Shown here piece after piece: positions 11,901 to 23,900 of a stretch of 64,000 bases of DNA; position 1 is the first letter of the stretch, and each line of letters opens with the position of its first letter. The position numbers were made by a program, and so were the translations under genes. Under the pieces are notes generated by a model, which was given only the letters and a program-made list of their open reading frames with translations, made no database searches and was not told the DNA's origin. Source of the DNA: Octopus sinensis (taxonomy: Eukaryota); NCBI RefSeq assembly GCF_006345805.1, contig NC_042997.1, forward strand, positions 175,770,001-175,834,000. The letters are read 5' to 3'.

Positions 11901-14900
11901 TTCTACATTGGTAATAATAATTATTTATCACAGAATTTAAACAATTTATTTCCAACCACTTTATACTTTTAAAAAATTGTAACACTAGAAAAACTAAAAA
12001 TCCTTTTGTTCACTGTTATATCTTTGTAAAAATATACTTATGTTACAAAATCTAATTATCTTATCAACTGTTAACTATTTAAAAATTTGTAAAAGAAATG
12101 TTTAAAGTTATTGTTCTTAACTGATACTGACTTTATATATGTGTGTATTTACATCTATCTATAGATATGCTGTGGCCTTTGAGGTATTCCTTCTGTTTAT
12201 GGTATTCTGGTTAATCAGTTTTGTTACTGCTCTCAACCAAATGGTCCTTAGTGGTGCTTTTGCCACTTATTACTGGTCTTACAACAAAAAAATGGACATA
12301 CCAACATTCCCAATCCTGGCTTCATTTGGACGAGCTATCAGGTAACATCACTTCTTATCAACATTTAGATATTTATACAGTACACACAAACACAACATTA
12401 TATATATATATATACCAGGTGGTACTATTGGGCCTATACTGGCCAAAACCTATCAAAGTTATATACACAGGGGCTGGACAAAATACTGGAAAGACCTAGC
12501 ATGATAGCATCATAATTTTGAAATATCTATAAAACCATCAAAAGCTTATTTTTATGCCTTTTGATTTTTTTATTATTATTATTATTATTATTAGTGTTGC
12601 TTAATATCTTTTTCTAAAATTGCTGTTTCTTTTCAGATATCATTAGAAAAAGGTAATTAAAATTCATTAAAATGATGGATCTACTGGACTTTCAAAGAGG
12701 TCAAATATAATGAAAACAGCTGAAATGTCTTGAAAAAAACAGCTGGTGTCTTGAAAGTAATGACAGCCTTTGAGAAAGAGGGTAAAACCTCCTCGTCGAA
12801 ACAAAACTCCAGAAGAAAACCCAAACTTTTAGATAGGGACCGTCAGATTCTTATGCAAATTGTTAGAAAGGATCACAAAAGTACAGCTCCCAAAATTACT
12901 GCAGAGCTTAATGACCAGCTCGAGAACCCATTTTCCACAAAAACTGTTTGCCAGGAGCTGAAATCAGAAAACCACTACTTTCAAAAACAAATGTTGCAAA
13001 GCTTTTAGAGTGGAGTAAAAACCTACAGAATTGGTCCCTAGAGCAGTTGGAAGAATGTTATTTTCTCAGACGAGTCATCCTGTACCTTGTTTCCAACCAC
13101 CGGCCAAGTATATGTGTGGAGACAGCCAAAAGACACATCTGACCCAGACTGCTTTCTTCCAACTGTTAAACATGGAGGAAGATCTGTGATGATCTGGGAT
13201 GCTATATCTTGGAAATCTGCTGGCCCAATGTTTTCCCTTCATGACAGAATTAATTGTCAAGATTATTTAAACATTTTATCTGATCAAATCCATCCTATGG
13301 TTGCGGAACTGTTTTGGGAAGGAAGCACAATCTTTCAGGATGATAATGCACAATTCACACACCCAAAACTGTTACTGAATGGCACGAGGAACATTCTAGT
13401 GCAGTTGAACATCTTATCTGGCCATCACAGTCTCCACATCTCAATATTGTTGAACATTTTTTGGTGCATTTTAGAAAAACAAGTAAGGAGTCGATATCCT
13501 CCACCATCATCACTACAAGAACTGGAGACTGTTTTAGCTGAAGAATGGACAAAAATTCCTTTGGAAACGATTCAGACTTTGTACGAGTCCATACCTTGTA
13601 GAATTCAAGCTGTAATGTACTGCCAAAGGCAGTCCTACTCCATATTAAAGTAAATTTGTTTGAAATTGTAAGGCATTTCCATTATTTTGTCCAGCCCCTC
13701 TATATATATATATATATATATCAGTTTGATTCAGCTTAGTGCAGCTTAAAGTTTTGTGGGGCCTCTAACAGAAACTCATCTCTTTCAGGCTTTAGATTGC
13801 CAAATTGGTGATCTAGAGCCTGAAAGAGATGGGCTTCTGTTAGAGGCCCCACAAAACTTTCAGTAGCATGGAATCAAATCAAACTGTTTACATAATACAT
13901 GTAACTCATAGTAAATGTGTTGGGTGCCCTTTTCTTTCATTTGTCCACTCACTCGTGTGTGTGAGTGTCTGTATACATACATACATACATACACACACAA
14001 ACATACATGTAGGTATGTATGTATGTACGTAGGTATGGGTGTAATCGTGTAGTAAGAAGTTTGCTTCCCAGCCACATATCAGGTTCAGTCCCACTGTACG
14101 GTACCTTGAGCAAGATTCTTTTACCATGTGTGCTTCAAGATTCAGTTCCCCCCAAAATCATTGTTAATATCATTCCAATGGGTCCTCATCTTATGTTCTG
14201 AGCCCAAATCCCACTAAAGTAAATTTTGCTTTCCATCCTTCTGGAGTTGATAAATTAAAGTACCCGTTATGTACTGGGGTTGATTTAAGTTATCTTCCAC
14301 AAATTTGTGACCTTGTGTCTAAGTTGCATGTGAATATTATTATTATTGCTGTTATTTTTTTTTTTATCTAGTTTCAGCTCACGAGCTGTGGCCATGCTGG
14401 GGCACCGCGATTTATCTATATGTTATCTATATTATCTTTTTCAAATTTTTAGGTACCATCTTGGTTCTCTTGCCTTCGGTTCCTTAATTGTCGCCATTGT
14501 GAAATTCATCAGAGTCATCCTTGAATTCATCAGCTACAAACTGAGGAATTCACACAACAAAGTGGCCAGGTTTATGCTGAAGTATGTATAAAATATTATT
14601 TTGCTTGCTCACTTTACTCTTTTAAGATCCTATTTCTAATGTAATACTCAGCCGATGTTTGAATTAATTTTGGAAATATCTGGAGGGATTTAGTAAAACA
14701 ATTTCTTCAATTATTAGTATGTAAACATGAATACTTTTTATAGAAAATTAGATTGAAAGGTTGGATTTAGCTTAAATATGAAAACTATACCATGGATCGT
14801 TTTGAATCCTAGGCAGTGGTGGTCTCAGTAGGTTAGTGTAGTTAAAAGTTACCTTTTTAAGTCATACTGACCCATAAGGGCTGATTTTCCAGTTTCATGG

Positions 14901-17900
14901 CATATTTATTCCCCACCTGAACAGGACTCTGGTCTGTCACAGGATAACCCATTTTTGCCATTTGAGTGGACTGGAGTAATGTGAAAAGAAGTGTTTTGCT
15001 CAAGAATGCATTATGTTGCCTGGTCCAGGAATTGAAACCTTAATCTTACAATCATGAATGCAACACCCTAACCACTAAGCTACATGCTTCCACATAGGTT
15101 AATGTCACAAGGTTTAAATATCTCCCTTCAGTGATACTTTATTAGGAAATATTGATATTTATAATTGTATTACATGTCCTTTAGTTGTTGTTAAACACCA
15201 AACAGTGCTGAACAGGTAGACCAAGGCATTTCAGATATGGCTATTGGATCTTATTTTTAATTTATTCAGACTTAATGTATTTAGGACTACATTGTAAATA
15301 ACACCAACTACATCCCAACATCTTAAAAGGATGAATACGTTAGAAAATGTAGACCTAGATAACTGCAGAAAGATAAAATTATTGTGAATGATATACCTTT
15401 GTCATCAGTGTGCTTAATCAGGATTGGTCTGATAACAAAAGTGATTAATAACAAAAGTGATTAATTATAGCTCCTTGGAGTATGATGGTGCTTCAAGATT
15501 GCATTGTTGATATACACTAGGCTTTTCATGGCTTGATGGCAAAACCAAAAAGGAGATTTATGAACACATTCCACCATCTGTGCTAATGTTGCTCAATGCA
15601 GGGTAGACTTTTCTGGCCATTACTATCATGTTGAAGACCAGGCCATATTGGTTTATATTTTGGATACTTCCACCATTTTAATAGAGGAATACCATTCAAA
15701 TACCTTGATGCTAATGGCAAAGACAACATGAAACCAGTTGAAGTTTATGAGGAGACCAAAGATTCTTGGCATGATGTGGTGCAATGATGCTCGAATAAGA
15801 ATATAGCTACTCAAAAATTTCCGTTTTTGAAACATTTCCAGCCTTTTCCTCGTGGTTGATATTCCTTCAGTTTAGCTTTCTCACTCAAAATTACTTATTC
15901 AAATTTAACGTAACAAATTTATGTATGAAAATACATTAAAAAAAAAAATATACAACTATATCATGATTTTGTTTTTCTGTTTTATTTAGGTGTTTTTCTT
16001 GTTGTTTTTGGTGTCTGGAAAACTTCCTGAAGTTCCTCAACAAAAATGCTTACATCCAGGTAAAGCTTATTTTTAAATTACTTTATTTTGTAATAGGTTT
16101 CAATCATTAGACTTCTGCCCATGCTGGAGTCCTACATTCAAGAGCTTTAGGTGATAACATCAGCTTCAGTACATATTTCAGTCTGGTACTTATTTTATCA
16201 ATTTTTATTTGTTGAATGGCTAATAAATTGTTATTTAGCTCCAGGTTACATATGACTGAAGCCATTCAAGCCTTGCTCATCTCATCTTCTTGTGTCTCTA
16301 GAATTACATGTCCTTCCTGTTTTAAGAGAAACAGTAGATGTGATGAGAATGCATTTAGAACAAATTCAGATGAATTGAAAGTATTTTAATAACAGTGGAA
16401 GAGACAACTAGGACAAAGTTTCTTAAAAGGGACAAAGAATAAGTCCTGGGGACCGATTTCTTCAACTAAAGGCGGTGCTCCAGCATGGCTGCAGTCAAAT
16501 GTCTGAAACAAGTAAAAGAGTAAAGAGTACACTTATGCAACTTAGATTGACACTAGATCATTGTAGTAAGCATCTTCACTAAGATTTTAATGTACACCGC
16601 TAAATTTTCAAAACCATCCAAACTATGCTAACACACACACAAACATTCACAATATAAAAAGAACAGGGAATTTTTTTGGTCAAGGGGATAATGTATGTAT
16701 GTATGTATGTAAGCCTTTCAACTGAAGAGTTATGAGTTTGTATATCATCAATAGCATTGTATTGTATCCTCTGTAAGTCAATAACAGCACAAAACCACAT
16801 ATATATGTTGAAAGGACCCAGCAAGGGTGCCTCTCTGTAGTTTGCTTAGCATCTAAATCTCCTTCAGATCAAGCTCTATCATGGTAAAAAAGGAAGGGCA
16901 CATTGTCATCACAGAAAATAGATGAATCAGAATACCTTTGATCATAGGTCAGTTTCACTGGTGTTGGCCTGTGGTTAAATCATGAGACCAACAGCCCTAA
17001 TTATACAACAAAATTACAGGAAAGGACAGAGATTGAGGAAATAATTGAAAACTTGTATGTAGTTCATAGGTGAATATAAATTCATAAAATAGGAAGGAAA
17101 ATGCTACATTTTTCTCTTCTCCAGTACTTCATTTGTGGTATTTCTATTCTTTTGTCTTTTCATTGATTTTTGTTTTTAATTTCAGATTGCCATCCATGGT
17201 AAAAGTTTCTGTGTTGCAGCAAAGAAAGCATTTGCCCTGATTATGCGTAACCCTCTCAAGTAATTAATAATTTTTAACTTTGTTATTAATTCATTTATTT
17301 ATGGGCCTATCTGGTCATTTAACCTACTATATCTAATAGATTGAATAACCTAAAGGGCACTACTAAAGCCCCTTTGATCTTGGGTATATTTGATCGGAGT
17401 TGACCTAGGGTTAAACAGTAGTTCAATTGTTTTATTCAATTAACCTTGAACAAAATCAACCTGATTTTGTGATTTACTTATGCCTATTTATAAAATCTTT
17501 TATTTAAGATACTGGCATTAATGTTGTATTTATAATCTTCATTTGGAAGAAATTTTAGAAAAATTTACATTAAGTTACTTGCTGAGGCCAACTTTGCCTT
17601 TCATCCTTTCGGGGTCAATAAATTAAGTACCGGTTGCATACTGGGATCGATATAATCAACTGACCCCCCTTCCCCAAAAATGTTGGGCCTTGTGCCTAGA
17701 GTAGAAACGATTATTTTATGTCCATTTTCCATGCTGGTATGAGTTGGACTATAGCTTTTCATCACTTGTTTCAGACTTTTATCAAAAACTACTGAGAAAA
17801 CAGCCAGTCTTTGTGTTTTGTATGTCATGTGTCTTTTTCACATGGCTTTCATGGTTGGAAACTCTCTCTGCTATCAACTACCTTATAACATTTTATCATA

Positions 17901-20900
17901 CTAACAGCATTAGAGATGTGGGCTTATTAAAGAGACTCCTCCACCTTGTGTCTGTTTTATATGGTATCAGTTGATAGGCAGCTCTTCAGGTACATTAGAA
18001 CATGGCTCTATTTGTGGCTATAACCTATGTTCAGCACTTTTTACCACACAATTCATTCAGAAAAAAAACTCTGGATGTAAAACATACATTGTTATAGTTT
18101 GTGGATGGGTAAGCGACTCCTATTTTGTAGAACAAGTGTAAAAATAAATGCTTATTTACAAAAGAAAACTTGAAAAAATCAGTATATTTAAAATGATTTA
18201 TCTATGTATTGCAGTACTGTTATAATGGACAAAGTTACTGATCTGATTCTTTTCTTGAGCAAGCTCATGGTAACAGCTGCAGTTGGTGAGTATTCTTCTT
18301 CTTTGATTTTTATTTTTATTTTCATGTCATAAACCTCAGAAGTATAGATAGTAAAAAAGACCATAGTTGGATTAAAAAAATTTTTTTTATATGGTACAAG
18401 GGCTAAAGTGGTTGGGGACAGTATATGGACAAGATAGAAAACTGTGAAGGATTTTCATCAAGTGAAAAGAAAACTAACAAAAATAAAAATAGATAACAAA
18501 GAAAAGGTCCCCAGCAGTGGGAGATAGCCACCTACAGCCAGTCAAACAACCCACAAATCCAAGATTACCCTAAGTCTCTCTCTATCCGCTCAGTCGAAGT
18601 CGACTCTCGGTCACTCGTTGGATCAGTGTCCTCCAGTCAGTTCTATCCTGGGCCGCTTCTTTCAGATTGGCTATGTCCATTCCGGTATCACTCTTGATGG
18701 TGTCAAGCCAGCAGGTTCTTGGTCAGCCTCTTCCTCTCTTGCCACTGACCATTCTGAGCATGATGTCCTTCTCCAGGGATTTTCTCCGCATAATATGACC
18801 GAAATATGCCAATCTATGCTTGGTGATCCTAGCTTCTAGCGACATTTTCGGCCTTATCTGCTAAGTATCAAAGGTAATTGCTCTCTCCCAGCTGTATTCT
18901 CTGGCTTACAGAAGCATGTCACAAGTAGAACATGCTTGCCACTCTTCTGTATTTCAACAAATTAACTGAAGGGCAGCACCTTTTCCCTCTCCACTCTCTT
19001 TACTCTTCAATTGGAATTTGTAAAAGTTAATGAGAGCTTGGATGATAAAGAGGACAGTATATGTCATCAGTCCTTTCATTCACATCCACGTCGCACTTAA
19101 TCTTGTTTTGCCCACCTGAGGAAAACTACCTTTCCTGACTTAAAAATTGGTGTAATCATCAGAATGTACTCAGCTGATATATACAAGAACTGTTCTACAG
19201 CTATTGTATACAGGGCAGAGCAGCAATGCTTGGACACTGGACAAGTATGTGCAGAACAGTTTTATCATAACAGGTGCATCTCAAAAGGGTTAGGATTAAG
19301 GTTGACTGATGGTGTTTCCATATAGAGTCTGTCATAGACCAGTAATGCCTCCTCTTGCACTACTGGTCAGGGATTTCTAGAAGTTATTGTTATTGTCTCT
19401 ATAATTGTGGTTTTATAGCAATGCTACCACTTCCTGGCTCAGTACTGGGAATTCTGCCAATTACAGTAGATGTCTGTCAAGACATCAGCAATCAAGTCTA
19501 GCATGTATATGTAAAGCTTGTAGGTTAGGCCATCCAAAACAAGGGATTTGCCTTCTGCTCGACCACTTACCATCTGTGTATCTCAGCTGCTAGTAATTGC
19601 TTTTCACAGCACTTTATGTATCTTCTGCTGAGAGGCAGGGTAGCCTGTTAAAATAGGCTCTAAACTCTACTACTGTTTTTTGTCCATAACCACCACCACC
19701 ACCACCACCATTTGCTCTGAATTGTTGAACAAAGTGCCTCTGGAAAACTGCACACATCTGCTTAGAATTGAACTTTCATTAAATAGATTATTGGGTGTTT
19801 ATTTGTCACAAAGAAAATCTAACATTTTGAATCAGATTTGTTTGGAGAAAGGAACATAAAACATAAGAATTCTCTTCCCTCATTAACATTATGCATACAT
19901 GCCACTATTCTTCTCTTTAGATAATGGTGTTTAACCCTTTAGCGTTCAAATTGATATGTCAGAAGTAATCCTTATTCGTTCACATTTTAAAAAATTAATC
20001 TGGTATTATTATCTTGTAGCTTCAAGATTTGAATGATGTAATTGTTTATTTTTAGAATGACATTGCAGGGTAGGTGTGAGATACTGGTTCTGGCCAGTTT
20101 GAGCATAAAATGAGTAGAATATTTGGGCCAGATATAACCGGTTTAAACACTAAAGGGTTAATCTTATCTACTATTTGTTTTATTGAAGGATGTTGTAATA
20201 AAAGTACATTCTAAAGAATATTCCATTTTATTTTTGGTGTTTTATTTTTTTGAGATATCTTTATGGAATATGTTCTGATGAAATGTCTAATTTGCAAATA
20301 TGGAACTGTCACTGGAAATAATAGCTTTTGTCACAATTTAGCATGAAAGCTTGTTGATTCATATTTCTGGAAATCTTAGAGAAAATGACTGACAGAGCAA
20401 GGAAATAGTAAATGTTTATATTCTTATTATAGATTAATAAGGCCTTTGTTCCTTATATTCTAAAGTATAACAAAGCCCTCTACAAACAACACCTCTGACT
20501 ACACATTACAGAATTCTACTCACAGCAGTTACCGATTTCAGTTTTCCATTGGTAGCATGAAATTACTCTTCATTAGCGTCATTATCATAATTATCATTAC
20601 ATCTTGCTTAGCATGGTGTCTTTCTCCCTATTTGGTCTGAAATGTGGACAAAAACTTCTCGTAAGAAACATGCCAACATTATTTTCCAATTAACAGTCAT
20701 ACAACTATTACCTTTGTTCCAACATTTATTTTACTTGTAGCTTTCATTGCTATTGCTGTTCTACAACATGATCCTAACCTCAGTGATATTCAACCTGGAT
20801 ATCTGACTCAAGACAAGCCTTTCTCTATTTTAAGTCTGTCTGTGAGTACTAGTGCACATGTCACTTTGATAGATGACAGACTAGATCCATAACCCCATCC

Positions 20901-23900
20901 TACTTTCACTTCCTTTTGGGCATGACTATATATCTTTGTGTTTATCAGTTTTTTTTTTTCGAAATTTTGCTTTCTATATTTCATCACCATCTGAATGCTA
21001 TTTTTCTCATTCTACTATTTTACTACAAGTTCAGTTAAAATTAGTTCAAAAATCAAATATTTTCTATAGTCTCAAGTGTTAGTTGACTGCAGTAAACCTG
21101 TAAACATTTAAGCTGAAAGATGAATATTTTTTCTGAATTGACTTATATAAAAATGATTGACCAGCTTAAAGAACTTCAGAGCAAACATCATGTGTAATAT
21201 TTTACTTGGAGGTGGAGGAAAACCCTGAAAATTTGAAACTGTTAAGATAAATTCTCTACTAACAAATTATTATTATCTCCAAATTGTTATCTGTTTATTG
21301 TAATGACTTTCTCCAGTATCTTTACCAAACTTCTGCAGGTCTAGAATATGACAGATCTACATTATAGCAATTTCTCTTTGGAGACTAGCACTTGAGACAT
21401 TGCTTTCCCAAATATTTATTTATGTCTATACAATTCCAGATATTTTATTTGAGAATTAGCAAGCTCAGTTTTGCTTTGTTTCATATTTGTTTTTTATATT
21501 TTAATCCATACCCACAATTAGGAATACTTTTATATTTCAGTTTTTGCATAGTTTCATAGACGTCTTTAAAGAATAAAACAAATATTATGTAGCATGATAA
21601 AATGGACTAAACTGTAATTTTTGAAATGATAGGATTCCCTGTCAATTTCAGCAATGAGCAATCAGTTGTTCAACCAACTGAATTCTTGCTTGTAAAATTA
21701 ACATATAAACGGTAGAGTATTTCTCGGACACATATAACTATAACTCAGTTCTCAAGTCACATCAGCATGACACATTGTGACAAAGTTGGACCTTATAGTA
21801 ACAAATTGACCCTTGTGCTGGACTGGTATTTTATTTGTCAAACACAAAAAGATGAAAGGCAAGGTTGATCTCTGTGGAATTTAAACTCAGAGCTAAGAGG
21901 GCCAGAATGAATATTGTAAGGCATTCTATCTGATGCTGTAATGAATCTACCAATTCTTCACCTTCTAGCTTTTGCAATTATCCAAATACCAACAGTATAT
22001 TTTCCATGCATTGATATAGATATAGATATATATATTATATTATATCATATCTTTATAATCATTAATGCCCCTGCACACTTTCACAACCTTTTTTTCCTCT
22101 TTAAATGCCATCCTCACTCACATATTCCTCAAATGTTTTCCTTTCTCAGTAAGCCATAACAAAATTATAGTCCAGATTTATCTTCTTGCTTTCATAATAA
22201 TTGTTTGTCATTCTTATTCAAATATTGTCTCGTGTTTTCCTTCACTTATTAATGTCATTTTCTGGCACAATGTCCAATGTATTACGTAGTCTTGCTTTTT
22301 TCATTAGACACATTTTTGCATGCACATTTCCAGGAATCGCTGCATTTTACTGGGTTCGTGGAAAGATTCCTTTTATCCCAGGAACCGTAATTCCACGGTT
22401 TAACTATTACTTATCTCCAGTTACTGTGAGTATACTCTTGTTTCACTCTTAAAAATCATCTGTATGATTTCTGTGCTCCCTACATAAACTATATTTGTTA
22501 TGTTAAGTTTTATATTGTATTGCAATATTTTCTGTTTCTTTTAAAGCTGTTAATCATGTAAAAATTATATAAAAAAAATTACTTCTGTTTAAATATATTT
22601 TAATAAATTAGTAAACAGCTACAACAACTATACTGTTTAAGAATGCCTCTATTATAAAAAGTTAATCGTTCAAATGTTTTTTTGTGAAAGCTGTAAGCTG
22701 TTATTTCATGAAAATTATATTAGAAAAGAGTTGTGGTTATTATTTTCACCAGTTGATAATACAGTTCACAACTCTTCATAATATATATATATTAATGAAA
22801 TGAATGTGTTTTAACTGAATGAAATCGATTTTAAATTTACAGAAAATTAATTTCATATTGAAACTTTCTATGCACTAGTTGAAATATTTGACTGTTCTCT
22901 AAGCTGTTCATGTACAATGTGAAGTACCTTTCTTATAATTGATGTATTGCAGGGAAACTGAGCTAAGTAAATCTAATTTATTATCCATTTTTTAAATTTA
23001 TTAATACCCTGCAGAAAATACCATAATACAGTTAAAATATAAACTTTTCACTGTAAAATATATAATTAGAATAGATAGTATTGAATTGAACAGTGCCATT
23101 ATATGTATATTGATATATAATTGCTGGGTTTTAAGATTGTACAGCTGATTTTAGTTACTGGAAATTTGTGTGAGCCAGCTGATAACAGAAATATGATTTT
23201 TGTCCAGTGATTTCGATGAGTATCTCTATCTTCAAGACTTGCTCTGGAAGAAAATGAGGTGGGAGTGAATTAACTTTTGTAATTTGCTGGAAAAATACAT
23301 AGATAAACTATTTTGTCGTTTCTGTTTCATTCTCCTCAAGTGAAGGAAATAATTGAATTGATTGTATTGTTTCCATTTCAGGTGATAGTTATCGGGTCGT
23401 ACTTCATTGCAGACTGCTTCTTCTGTGTTTATGAGATGGCTGTTGACACTATTTTCCTCTGTTTCAGTAAGTTGATTCTCACTATTTTTTAATGGACCTT
23501 CGAACATGATACATAATATTAACATACAATAGAAGGTAAAGCTGAAATGACCCAAGTGGGTAGCTAGACATTAAAGACGTTGGCCAAAATAAGCAGGAGG
23601 GAAGACAGTGCTGGTTGGCATGTAATACAAATAGATAGGTGTTGGGTGAAAATCGTACCATATTCTGACTGGAAAACAAATGAAGAAGAGGTATACTGTT
23701 GAAAGACATAGAAAGAAGTAATAAGGTCATATTTCAGGATGCTGTACTTCAGATGTAAGATGACAAAATATCAAAATAGTGGCAATATGCTGTAAAGCAG
23801 ATCTAATTCCTGTTGGAATAGAGAAACAAGTCATATATTATACTCTTTTACTTGTTTCAGTCATTTGACTGCGGCCATGCTGGAGCACCGCCTTTAGTCA

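Noticed and set aside
15480-15860. Possible decayed DNA transposase fragment in an intron
   Set aside because: No catalytic motif or TIR could be recovered by eye
23232-23555. 107 aa minus-strand ORF
   Set aside because: Antisense shadow of CTL exon 23382-23466
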